Notes: generated from the letters alone by a model not told the origin. A stretch of DNA of 64,000 bases from Patescibacteria group bacterium (GCA_018823885.1 JAHJHG010000009.1:151751-215750); one strand, 5' to 3'; positions 19,453 through 28,181 are shown, counted from the first letter of the stretch. Made by a program: numbers and translations.

Positions 19453-20352
19453 ATGGCGGATTTCAAAATAACTCTGATTCTTGGAACTGAACTGGCAGGC
19501 ATAAGAAATCTTATTGATCAACTCGAAGGCTTGCATTTCGGAATATTAATAAATAGCCTCAGATGGGAAAGTCAAATCGAAGGAGAAAAAAGAAAAAAAG
19601 AATACTATAAATCGATAAAGGAAAATGTAATAAAGATTAACAAAAGAATAAAAGACTTCAATATTCTTCTAAAAAGAGCATTTGATACCAAATACTACAC
19701 GTTCAGAAAACTTGAACAAATAAAATTAAGTAGTCTGGATAAAATAATTAAGGAACACCGTGGTGAATTTCCTCGTAACAAAAAGGAAGAAAGTTACATA
19801 AAATATGTAATGGCTGAAGACAGCTCACCTTCTTCCCTCGCTAGAAAACACACTTCTGTTCTCCTAAGTAACGCTCTCCTTCCGACCAAGTTGTCTATTT
19901 CAAATTTCGCAAAGGGATTTGACAAGCTTTACGAACCGTTTGGTGATTATAATAGTTTAAATATCCGTTCTAAAACTATTAACGACATCACAAAGGCTGA
20001 AGTTTGTTATACAAACGGGTTGGCAGAAGAAGCTGTTTTCATCCTCGGCAGGACAGTCGAGAGATTGTCAATAGATTGTCTAAAACATCTAAAAAAATTA
20101 GGTAGAGTAAATAAAACTTATAGTGAAATTGACGAGCTCAATTTTGAAAACAGTATTAACTTACTCTCAAGTCCTAAAATAAAAGTTTTTAGAAAAGATC
20201 AAAAACCCAAAGCTCTCGCATTAAAGTGGGATAGAAACATTTATGGACACAAACGATCTTCACCCTCAAAAATGAAGGAGAAAGACATGGATTCCATGAT
20301 TAAAATAGGTATTAATATAATTGAAAGATTAGAAAAAAAATTAAGAAGCTAG
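19453..20352 (+). CDS. Hypothetical protein with C-terminal HEPN/DUF4145-like domain
   Basis: AEVCYTNGLAEEAVFILGRTVE...RNIYGH (Rx4H motif). Confidence 0.6.
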   Translation: MADFKITLILGTELAGIRNLIDQLEGLHFGILINSLRWESQIEGEKRKKEYYKSIKENVIKINKRIKDFNILLKRAFDTKYYTFRKLEQIKLSSLDKIIKEHRGEFPRNKKEESYIKYVMAEDSSPSSLARKHTSVLLSNALLPTKLSISNFAKGFDKLYEPFGDYNSLNIRSKTINDITKAEVCYTNGLAEEAVFILGRTVERLSIDCLKHLKKLGRVNKTYSEIDELNFENSINLLSSPKIKVFRKDQKPKALALKWDRNIYGHKRSSPSKMKEKDMDSMIKIGINIIERLEKKLRS

Positions 20353-20377
20353 GAATACTGAGACAAATCGTGTGTAC

Positions 20378-20806
20378 ATGACTATTGGGGATCAAATAAA
20401 GGAAAATTTCTACAGAATAGCCTCATCACTGGCTCCTAATCCCGTTGTAAAACGTGTTATACCAGAAAAATTGAAAAATTATCATGTAGTATGGGACGCT
20501 GAAACAGTAGAAGAACTCTCAACCGGTAAAAAAATTTCACGAGATAACTGGGCGCGAAAGAAAGCGAAAATCAATGGCTTCTATGACGATTTTTTGAAAG
20601 GGAATATCGAAAAGACCCAGATACTTGTAGTAAAAGATTTGGATAATCCAACTATGTTGATTGTTGATGGTATTCATAGGTCAGTGGGTTTTTATACGGC
20701 TTACCTCGAAAATCCAGAAATTGCTTCAAAAACAGATTTCACATATAAACTTTTTGAGTCAAATAAAATAAGAAAGATGTATGATTACAAAAGGTTATTT
20801 AGTTAG
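20378..20806 (+). CDS. ParB/Srx-like domain protein
   Basis: ILVV...LIVDGIHRS matches the ParB-N DGxHR motif. Confidence 0.6.
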   Translation: MTIGDQIKENFYRIASSLAPNPVVKRVIPEKLKNYHVVWDAETVEELSTGKKISRDNWARKKAKINGFYDDFLKGNIEKTQILVVKDLDNPTMLIVDGIHRSVGFYTAYLENPEIASKTDFTYKLFESNKIRKMYDYKRLFS

Positions 20807-20942
20807 AGTTCTATGGTTTAAATTATAAGGACTAGAGAGGCCTAAGCCCACAAGCTCAGCCAAATTGGGCACCCTAGCGACCCATGTGCTAAGAATAACC
20901 CGAAAGTTCTTGCTTAACCTCCGTATTATTTCCAAAACATTC
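20802..20942 (+). repeat. TCAGC-ending junction site (hairpin 20802-20860) plus conserved element copy C
   Basis: AGG-N10-CCTAAGCC-N5-GCTCAGC, then GGCACCCTAGCGACCCA...AGAATAACCCG...AAACATTC colinear with copy A. Confidence 0.85.
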
Positions 20943-20974
20943 AGTTTACAATGCTGAACCTCACATTTTAGTGT

Positions 20975-21823
20975 TTAGAGGTTTGAAGAGATGATTTTGA
21001 AGCAGTCACCTGTTGAAACACCCAATCCATACTGAAATCCGTCTCCCTGGCTTTCACTGGAAGAAATCGGTAAATTGATCTCAAAAGCACTTCCGGGCTC
21101 GAATTCATATTCTGGACCAAGAACTGCAGGATTAATAGTCAACAAAGGAAGTTTTTTGTTAGGAAATACGGGCGACAAACTAAGGGTGATATATTTGTCT
21201 AAAGGAGCGTCACTCACAGATCTTTCAAATGTAACCTCATCATCATTGCGGTCACGAAGACGAATAGTGTTTAAATCTCCATCAAAAACATTGATTCTAT
21301 AAAAGGAGTCAGGAACGTCATTACTTTTATCTCCATAACTGATAAAAAAGGTTGGATTTTTATTGTTATCTGTTTTGTCTTTTAATGAGAAAGTTATGGA
21401 AACCTCTCTGTCAACTAAATATTTATTTGCAGTCCACATAACCCATGAGGGAAAAGCGGGGTTCTTGGGGGGGCAATAAAATCCCTCTTTATCAGGTGTC
21501 ATTCCACTTGCAAATAACCAGTTTACGATATCAAAACTTTTACCCAGCTCATTGCCAAATTCTCCCTCGTCGCTTACTGATAAAGTGGAGCCAGTCTCGC
21601 TAGTAATAACTGTTTGACTTTGTTTTTGAACATTTGAATTTTGTACTTGAAAATCAGACCTCAAGCTAGCTATGTGCGTGTTTGCAGTATTAATTGCTGC
21701 AAAGTAGGAGAAAAGCCCTGTTATCAGGGCTGGTATAATCGCGATAAACCATCGCGAGTTTATTAACTTCCGAATTTTTACTGACCACTTATTCTTTGAA
21801 CTTTTGGGGGCAGTGTTTTTCAT
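20975..21823 (-). CDS. Hypothetical single-TM protein with extracytoplasmic domain
   Basis: 282 aa; N-terminal TM WFIAIIPALITGLFSYFAA. Confidence 0.75.
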   Translation of the reverse strand: MKNTAPKSSKNKWSVKIRKLINSRWFIAIIPALITGLFSYFAAINTANTHIASLRSDFQVQNSNVQKQSQTVITSETGSTLSVSDEGEFGNELGKSFDIVNWLFASGMTPDKEGFYCPPKNPAFPSWVMWTANKYLVDREVSITFSLKDKTDNNKNPTFFISYGDKSNDVPDSFYRINVFDGDLNTIRLRDRNDDEVTFERSVSDAPLDKYITLSLSPVFPNKKLPLLTINPAVLGPEYEFEPGSAFEINLPISSSESQGDGFQYGLGVSTGDCFKIISSNL

Positions 21824-22159
21824 TTATCTCCAATATATTTTTACCTCGAAGAGTCCTTTCTTGAATTCTTCGAAATTACTTTTAACATTGTCGGAAAGAG
21901 TCCAGAGTTTATCTCTATCACCAGTCAATCTAATCAGAATTTCATTTCGAAGTAATCCACTGAGTGTGGCGCCAATGGACTTTCCATACTCTTCAGAGTC
22001 AGTAGAAAGGTAAGACTTTACGTAAGGACGGAAAACTTTAGCAAAATCTGAACTTGAAAAACTGAAGTTTTTTTCGCTAGAATCCTTCATTCTCAAAATG
22101 GCCCATAAGGCTACTTGTTGAGAAAGTGGAAAGGATGTTACCGTGTTTTTTATGTCCAT
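21824..22159 (-). CDS. Hypothetical protein, possible winged-helix DNA-binding fold
   Basis: 111 aa; helix SIGATLSGLLRN followed by a wing-like ILIRL..D..WTL; directly abuts the next gene. Confidence 0.6.
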   Translation of the reverse strand: MDIKNTVTSFPLSQQVALWAILRMKDSSEKNFSFSSSDFAKVFRPYVKSYLSTDSEEYGKSIGATLSGLLRNEILIRLTGDRDKLWTLSDNVKSNFEEFKKGLFEVKIYWR

Positions 22160-22252
22160 AGCTCATAAGTATACCATAGAACCACAAGCAAAACAAGTAC
22201 TGTTACCATGACCTCTCTTTTAGCCTCAACTGTGGTACACTCAGAGTAATTG

Positions 22253-22362
22253 GTTATGGGCTCGAAAGGTTCTAGACCGACATGCTCAATTATCTCGGAA
22301 TCAGAACCCCAGGCACGACATCCAGTTATGGGACTGGAAGGGTCTAGACCAGAGAGCTCAGC
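22253..22362 (+). repeat. Tandem pair of junction sites, 72-bp period
   Basis: GTTATGGG-N10-TCTAGACC-N5-GCTCA at both 22253 and 22325. Confidence 0.85.
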
Positions 22363-22438
22363 AAAGATTTTTAGTCTCTGTTTTACGGTAAAAGTCAAAA
22401 AATATATTTTCAATATTTGCTATAATTAACATAACAGT

Positions 22439-22831
22439 ATGCAAAGTGAATGGTATCAGCAACTAATTAGACCATCATGGTCACCGCCTTCTTGGCTTTT
22501 TGGCCCAGTTTGGACTTTTCTATATCTATTAATTGTTGTTTCCTTTTTTAAAGTATTTCAATTAACTTTTCAAAAAAGAATCTCATTTATTATCGCTCTC
22601 CCGTTTATTCTTAATCTCATTTTTAACTTCGCATTTACTCCTTTACAATTTGGGTTAAGAAGCAATATCCTGGCGGCCATTGACATTCTTCTTGTCCTGA
22701 TCACTCTTGTCTGGGCGATGAAGGCAATCTATCCTCATGCAAAATGGATTACTTATATCCAAATCCCATATTTGTTGTGGGTTAGTTTTGCGACTGTTTT
22801 GCAGTTAGTCATTACTTATTTAAACCGTTAA
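22439..22831 (+). CDS. tspO: TspO/MBR family tryptophan-rich sensory protein
   Basis: WYQQLIRPSWSPPSWLFGPVWTFLY and PYLLWVSFA. Confidence 0.92.
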   Translation: MQSEWYQQLIRPSWSPPSWLFGPVWTFLYLLIVVSFFKVFQLTFQKRISFIIALPFILNLIFNFAFTPLQFGLRSNILAAIDILLVLITLVWAMKAIYPHAKWITYIQIPYLLWVSFATVLQLVITYLNR

Positions 22832-22832
22832 G

Positions 22833-23225
22833 ATGTTTTTAAAAGCATATTTAATCACCCTGCCAGTTTTTTTGGCAATCGACTTGGTTTGGCTCAGTCT
22901 AATCGCCAGGAAATTTTACGCTCAATACCTGGGTTATTTGATGAAGGCAAACGTCAATTTTATAGCAGCCGGTCTATTTTACTTACTGTTTGTGGTTGGC
23001 TTAGTGGTTTTCTCAGTTTTACCGGCTTTGGAGAAGAACTCTTGGACCCAGGCTCTTTTTTTAGGAGCTCTGCTTGGATTTGTATCTTACGCCACCTATG
23101 ATTTGACAAACTTAGCCACTATTAAAGACTGGCCGTTGATAGTCACGATTGTGGATATGCTTTGGGGGACAGTCTTGGGGGCTTCAGTCTCTCTGGTTAG
23201 TTATTTTATTGTCACAAAAATTTAA
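22833..23225 (+). CDS. DUF2177 family membrane protein
   Basis: DLVWL, YATYDLTNLAT..W....VDMLWG motifs. Confidence 0.85.
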   Translation: MFLKAYLITLPVFLAIDLVWLSLIARKFYAQYLGYLMKANVNFIAAGLFYLLFVVGLVVFSVLPALEKNSWTQALFLGALLGFVSYATYDLTNLATIKDWPLIVTIVDMLWGTVLGASVSLVSYFIVTKI

Positions 23226-23255
23226 AAAGTTCCAATATCGCCCCACATTCTCAGC
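23224..23255 (+). repeat. TCAGC-ending junction site
   Basis: 27/32 identity to 4408-4439; overlaps the DUF2177 stop codon. Confidence 0.8.
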
Positions 23256-23306
23256 AAAAATTATATTATCTGCTATAATTTCCCCAGATTTTGCTCGGGA
23301 ATAAAG

Positions 23307-23780
23307 ATGCCATATTATTATGTTATTAAAGGTCATACGTATGTTGGAGGGCGGGAGGTTATACATGAGGTGCTCGATCGTCGTATTTCTTTTTTGGAAA
23401 AATTGAAAGTGGGCAGAAGAGAATACGGCCTTTTTGGCTCTAAGGAAGTGGAATTAGAAGTTGATAGTCACGATAGAGTGAGAGTTACAGCCCTTAGAGA
23501 TACAACCTTAATCTTAAAAATTCACGAAGAAAATCCAGATCAGGAGGATGTTGTTGATTTAAACCATCCTCTTGTCCCAATAGGTAGTGAGTCAGGCGGA
23601 AACCAAGAATATAAAGCAATTAGATTGACAAAAGGTTCTCAGCTTGCTTTATATAGAACCTCCTTTATGGTTGGAAATAAAACTGATAGACAGATTAGGT
23701 GGGCTTCAAGCGATGACGGCTTTCAAGATGAATTATTTTCGGAATTTTGTATAAAAACACTTAATGAAGGTGGTTTTTAG
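23307..23780 (+). CDS. Hypothetical protein
   Basis: 157-aa ORF with a TGCTATAAT promoter at 23271. Confidence 0.7.
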   Translation: MPYYYVIKGHTYVGGREVIHEVLDRRISFLEKLKVGRREYGLFGSKEVELEVDSHDRVRVTALRDTTLILKIHEENPDQEDVVDLNHPLVPIGSESGGNQEYKAIRLTKGSQLALYRTSFMVGNKTDRQIRWASSDDGFQDELFSEFCIKTLNEGGF

Positions 23781-23799
23781 AATAATAACACTATTAGAT

Positions 23800-23877
23800 T
23801 CTAGACCCACTCGTTTAACTTGCTGGGAATAGACTGTAAGTAAGGGATCAAGTAGTTCTAGACCTGTATGCTCAGCC
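23800..23877 (+). repeat. Pair of junction sites, 57-bp period
   Basis: TCTAGACC-N5-GTTTAAC at 23800 and GGG-N10-TCTAGACC-N5-GCTCAGC at 23844-23876. 23822-23876 forms an imperfect hairpin. Confidence 0.8.
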
Positions 23878-23898
23878 ACATAACACACTGAGGATTTT

Positions 23899-24324
23899 TT
23901 AGCTAAACTCCTGCGCTAGCCACTTTTTAAATTTCTCTTTTCTTTCACCTTCTAAAACAGAATCTATTGTTTTTATTATTTCAATTACAAAGTTTGAATA
24001 TTCTTTTGATAGTTTTTCACCAAGGTACTCCTCACCCAATATCTCCTCGATCTTTTTAAGAGTTTCTAATGCCTCCTCAATCTCAATTTTCTTTTCTCCC
24101 TCTTGATCAAACAAGTTTTTTATTTGATCTTTTTTTATCTGGTCAAGCTGAGTATCTGAAAGAATTTCAGAAAAAACATTCGTGAAAAATTTCTCTTGGA
24201 GTTGATTGTTGAGTTTGGTTTTCGCCTCATCGTCACTAGCTGCCAAATCAACGAATACGGTAAGTAGCTTAATTACTGAATTATAAAAGCTTTTAGGTTT
24301 GTTATCCATTTTACTATTTCTCAA
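23899..24324 (-). CDS. Hypothetical protein
   Basis: 141-aa helical ORF; start may be ATG 24309. Confidence 0.7.
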   Translation of the reverse strand: MRNSKMDNKPKSFYNSVIKLLTVFVDLAASDDEAKTKLNNQLQEKFFTNVFSEILSDTQLDQIKKDQIKNLFDQEGEKKIEIEEALETLKKIEEILGEEYLGEKLSKEYSNFVIEIIKTIDSVLEGERKEKFKKWLAQEFS

Positions 24325-24786
24325 TCACTCTCTCGCTTGAAGCCATTTTTTTACGTCCTTTTCGGCACTTTTCATCATTTTGTGATGCTTAATATCTTCT
24401 GCCACATTTTTTACTAGATTGGCAGAATACTCACCAGTCATAGCTCCTAGACCCCCAATAAGTCCTACTCCCAGCGTCGTCAATGGAAATATAATCAAAG
24501 CAAACGCACCCCCTCTCGTACCTGCATGAACAATTTCTTCAAATATCTCAGGTTTTACGAGAGTGCCGTGAATCACTGCTCCTGCGGAAGCGATAATTCC
24601 TCCTACCAACTTGGCTTTCTCTATAACATCTTCACTGATTACGTCTTCTTTAAATCTTGTGTACCAATCTTTATTAAACACTTTTTCGCTCAGAGCTTTT
24701 CGAACTTGTTCACGATTTTCTCCAATAAAATCTTCTGGTATTATATGTTCAGGGATTTCAGTAAATTCTTTAGAATTAATATTCAT
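24325..24786 (-). CDS. Hypothetical membrane protein
   Basis: 153 aa with Gly-rich hydrophobic segments. Confidence 0.7.
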   Translation of the reverse strand: MNINSKEFTEIPEHIIPEDFIGENREQVRKALSEKVFNKDWYTRFKEDVISEDVIEKAKLVGGIIASAGAVIHGTLVKPEIFEEIVHAGTRGGAFALIIFPLTTLGVGLIGGLGAMTGEYSANLVKNVAEDIKHHKMMKSAEKDVKKWLQARE

Positions 24787-24876
24787 TTCTTCACTTGACT
24801 TAATATCAACATTTTACTATACAGATGAAATAGAAACAATCTAGTTACGTATTAAGTTCGAAAATCATCAATTAGT

Positions 24877-24889
24877 CTCAGCCAAATTG
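24877..24889 (+). repeat. Partial junction site
   Basis: CTCAGCCAAATTG is identical to 20855-20867; upstream blocks not conserved. Confidence 0.5.
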
Positions 24890-24915
24890 AATGTCTAAAT
24901 TAAGAAAAGGATTAT

Positions 24916-25197
24916 ATGACAACAGAAGATAGAGAAATTCAAAATTTACTACCTGAAGCAAAGGAGTTTGTTCACGAAGTTAAAGATGGGGTACATAAAT
25001 ATGCAAATAGAGAATATGGGCATGCTGCCAAAAACCTCGCACTCATATTAGACGGGTGTGCTGAAGAAGGTGTTTCTCGGGAAACCCAAAGAATATTAAT
25101 GAAAGAGTTTATAGAAAGACAAATAGAAGAATTTGGTCCAAACATAATTGATTTTTTAAGAGATGAGTTAAAACTTGTAATAGAGAATGAAGATTAA
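24916..25197 (+). CDS. Hypothetical protein
   Basis: 93-aa acidic ORF with AAGGA RBS. Confidence 0.7.
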   Translation: MTTEDREIQNLLPEAKEFVHEVKDGVHKYANREYGHAAKNLALILDGCAEEGVSRETQRILMKEFIERQIEEFGPNIIDFLRDELKLVIENED

Positions 25198-25233
25198 AGG
25201 CAGCAAATAATTGGGGGTATGACAATAAGAGTG

Positions 25234-25256
25234 CTTTGGCCGACCCGCTCAGCCAA
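25234..25256 (+). repeat. Degenerate junction site
   Basis: CTTTGGCC-N5-GCTCAGCCAA in the same register as the other sites. Confidence 0.55.
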
Positions 25257-25296
25257 TCTTCCCAAAGATGACAACATCTTTGCTATAATTTTCATC

Positions 25297-25710
25297 ATGC
25301 AAAAACTTCTTGCTTCAGACAAGGTATATATTAGTAAATCAGGAATTCTTGATGCCGGTAGGGGAGTTTATGCAAGACGTGATATTAAGAAAGGTGAAAT
25401 GATTGAAAGGTGTCCAATTATTGAAGTTTCCAAAAATGATACATCCAATCTGAAAGAAAGCGTTCTTGTAACTTATTTCTTCTATTTTGGCAAAAACAAG
25501 GAACGGTTAGCGATAGTTTTAGGTTTTGGATCAATATATAACCATTCATACAAACCTAACGCAACTTATAAAATGAAATCTCGAGAAAAGACAATTGATT
25601 TTATTGCCATAGACGATATCAAGAAAGATGATGAGATTACATTTAATTATTCCAATTGCAGCAACCCAAAAGGTAAGGAAAACCCATTGTGGTTTGAAGT
25701 AAATAAATAG
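25297..25710 (+). CDS. SET domain-containing protein
   Basis: GRGVYA, YNHSYKPN, DIKKDDEITFNY motifs; ATG 25297 follows TGCTATAAT. Confidence 0.9.
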   Translation: MQKLLASDKVYISKSGILDAGRGVYARRDIKKGEMIERCPIIEVSKNDTSNLKESVLVTYFFYFGKNKERLAIVLGFGSIYNHSYKPNATYKMKSREKTIDFIAIDDIKKDDEITFNYSNCSNPKGKENPLWFEVNK

Positions 25711-25730
25711 TTTGTTTGCTAAAATGTATT

Positions 25731-25973
25731 GTGTTTACTGTATATATCTTAAGAACCGATAAGAACACTCTTTATACGGGGCAAACCAAAGACCTTGTGG
25801 CTCGCCTAGGAAAACATACATTAGGAAAGGGAGCAAAATACGTAAGAGGATTTAAATCTTTTGAGTTGGTTTACACAGAAAAATTTAAAACTCGTTCAGA
25901 AGCCTTAAAGCGAGAGCATGAGTTAAAGAAATTATCAAAACAAGAAAAAGAAAATCTAATAGCTGCCCTATAG
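25731..25973 (+). CDS. GIY-YIG nuclease (UPF0213/YhbQ-like)
   Basis: VYIL...LYTGQT...GKGAKY...RSEALKRE; probable leaderless GTG start. Confidence 0.9.
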   Translation: MFTVYILRTDKNTLYTGQTKDLVARLGKHTLGKGAKYVRGFKSFELVYTEKFKTRSEALKREHELKKLSKQEKENLIAAL

Positions 25974-25977
25974 TTTC

Positions 25978-26005
25978 TTGACAAATGTTTTTAATCTGTT
26001 ACACT
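25978..26005 (+). promoter_or_regulatory. Sigma-70 promoter of the DEAD-box helicase gene, followed by a long 5' UTR
   Basis: TTGACA...TGTTACACT about 150 nt upstream of the start codon. Confidence 0.65.
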
Positions 26006-26155
26006 GACATCTGTTCCGTTAACTCGGAACCAAAGACTGTTTTTTTAATTTGATTTAAGTCGGTAAGTAAGGGTACCCCAGAAACTACTTTTAACACGTA
26101 TCTTTCCTTCAAACACTTGCATTCCCATTAATATAAGCAGTTTCGTTTGAAACTA

Positions 26156-27322
26156 ATGTATAAACAAAGAAATCATTCGCGTTATTCGCGAAGAAGGAAT
26201 TTTGGGCCCAGAAAGGCCAATATTCGTAGCTTTGATCCAAGGACTGTTATTGGGAAAATAACCAGTCCTATTTCTGATGTCTGTGAAATTAAAAACAAAT
26301 TTTCAGACTTTGTTCTTGACGGGCGACTTTCTGGAAATATCGCAGCTCACAGATTTAATGCGCCTACTCCTATCCAAGATCAGGCGATACCTGAAATCTT
26401 ATCCGGTCATGATGTGGTTGGTGTTGCCAACACAGGTACGGGTAAAACAGCTGCTTTTTTAATCCCCCTTATTAATAAAATAGTTCTTAATGGAAGATCT
26501 AGAGTTTTAATCATTACGCCTACACGCGAGTTGGCTGTTCAAATCGAAAAGGAATTACAAGGTTTTTCCAGTGGTATGGGTATATATTCTGCCGTTTGTA
26601 TTGGAGGAGTTTCCATTCATGGGCAAATAAATAAGCTTCGAAGAGGCCCTCATTTTGTGATAGGCACTCCAGGGAGGTTGCTTGATTTAGAAAATCAAAG
26701 GAAGATTAATTTTAATAGCTTTGATTCAATTGTTTTGGACGAAGTAGATAGAATGCTTGATATGGGATTTATCAACGATATGAAAAAAATTATTTTAAAA
26801 CTTCCAAGAAATAGGCAATCACTCTTTTTCTCAGCTACTCTTGATGAGAAAGTAAAGGGCGTAATGAGTCAATTTGTTTCGAATCCGGTCATGATTTCAG
26901 TTAAAGTCGCAGATGCCAGCACAAACGTACGTCAAGATGTCGTTGAATTGAGAGGTAGAAACAAAGCAGACGTTTTATGTGAACTATTAGATACAAAAGA
27001 AGCGTCAAAAACTCTTATATTCATGAGGACTAAAAGAAGTGCGGACAAGCTGCACAGAAGTCTTACAGATGTTGGGTTTCATACAGCGGTTATGCATGGA
27101 AACAAGACTCAAAACCAAAGACAAAGATCTCTTGAGCAATTCCGTCATGGTAGGGTAAGCGCTTTGATTGCGACAGACGTTGCCTCAAGAGGAATAGACG
27201 TCGATGATATTACTCACGTTATCAATTACGATCTTCCGGAAGACTATGATACTTATATTCACAGAATTGGGAGAACAGGTAGAGTAGACAAAAAAGGAAT
27301 CGCTCTAACATTTATAGGCTAA
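26156..27322 (+). CDS. DEAD-box ATP-dependent RNA helicase (RhlE-like)
   Basis: Q motif PTPIQ, TGTGKT, PTRELA, TPGRL, DEVD, SAT, HRIGRTGR. Confidence 0.95.
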   Translation: MYKQRNHSRYSRRRNFGPRKANIRSFDPRTVIGKITSPISDVCEIKNKFSDFVLDGRLSGNIAAHRFNAPTPIQDQAIPEILSGHDVVGVANTGTGKTAAFLIPLINKIVLNGRSRVLIITPTRELAVQIEKELQGFSSGMGIYSAVCIGGVSIHGQINKLRRGPHFVIGTPGRLLDLENQRKINFNSFDSIVLDEVDRMLDMGFINDMKKIILKLPRNRQSLFFSATLDEKVKGVMSQFVSNPVMISVKVADASTNVRQDVVELRGRNKADVLCELLDTKEASKTLIFMRTKRSADKLHRSLTDVGFHTAVMHGNKTQNQRQRSLEQFRHGRVSALIATDVASRGIDVDDITHVINYDLPEDYDTYIHRIGRTGRVDKKGIALTFIG

Positions 27323-27358
27323 GTCTGATACAATAAATTTATCTTAAAAAACAACGAC

Positions 27359-27514
27359 ATGGGAGAAATTATTGAGAACTTCCTCAATAAGGGTGGAAGA
27401 ATCAATAAAAGGTATCTCAAAAATTCTTCAAAAGGACCAGTTTTGGTTTTTTATAAACAGTGGTTTCGTGGCAGAAATATACGTGAGGCAATCTCCAGAG
27501 CATTAGCAGGATAG
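27359..27514 (+). CDS. Small basic hypothetical protein (51 aa), not in the ORF track
   Basis: ATG...TAG open frame preceded by an extended -10 TGATACAAT at 27326. Confidence 0.45.
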   Translation: MGEIIENFLNKGGRINKRYLKNSSKGPVLVFYKQWFRGRNIREAISRALAG

Positions 27515-27592
27515 TTAATATATTCTTCAGTTTCATTTCCGCGAAAACAAAACTACGCGCACTCTTTTTTCAAGATAACCCCTTTGCAATTT

Positions 27593-27976
27593 TTAGGCGT
27601 GGTCGTGCTCGTCTGCCATTGCCTCCTCTTTAGTCTTATGAATTGTTCCGTCTTTGTGTTCAGCTGGAGTATAAATGGTGTAAAGCTTTAACTCTTTTTC
27701 CTGAGATGTATTTATTATATTGTGTTTTGCTCCTGCGGGGATAACTGTGGCCCAGTCATCCTTAATTTCTGTTTCTTCTCCATCTAGAACAACCTTGGCT
27801 TCACCTTCTTCGATTCTAATAAATTGGTCGACATCACTGTGGATTTCTTCTCCAATGTCTTCGCCTGGTTTGAGACTCATGACAACTAATTGACTGTGTG
27901 GCCCCGTAAACAGAACTTTCCTAAAATTTGTATTTTCTTTAGTCTCTTTTTCAATGTCTGTTATATAGCCTGCCAT
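27593..27976 (-). CDS. Cupin domain protein
   Basis: GEEIH..VDQFIRIEEG...IPAGAKHNIIN; GAGGTGA RBS before ATG 27976. Confidence 0.9.
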   Translation of the reverse strand: MAGYITDIEKETKENTNFRKVLFTGPHSQLVVMSLKPGEDIGEEIHSDVDQFIRIEEGEAKVVLDGEETEIKDDWATVIPAGAKHNIINTSQEKELKLYTIYTPAEHKDGTIHKTKEEAMADEHDHA

Positions 27977-28102
27977 ACTGATCACCTCTTTTCCTTAATA
28001 ATTTATAGCGCTAATAGAAATATTTATCAACTCCACAGGAAGTTTCTATTATGCGGATGAGTATAGACGGATATAAACGTGAGCGGCTTTTGAAGTTGGA
28101 AC

Positions 28103-28158
28103 TCAGGGATGAGAAGTTTGGTCTTTTTTTGACCGAACCTATTTATTCTCACCCCTGA
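28103..28158 (-). terminator. Long imperfect hairpin downstream of 28182..28652
   Basis: TCAGGGATGAGAA/TTCTCACCCCTGA outer stem, GTTTGGTC/GACCGAAC inner stem; no strong U-tract. Confidence 0.55.
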
Positions 28159-28181
28159 TCTTTTGGTACTTTCTTGGTAAC

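Noticed and set aside
19303-19536. Minus-strand ORF spanning the conserved element
   Set aside because: The equivalent frame has stop codons in copies A and C.
22253-22362. CRISPR array
   Set aside because: Only two units, which differ at many internal positions; no cas genes in the window. Kept as junction-site repeats.
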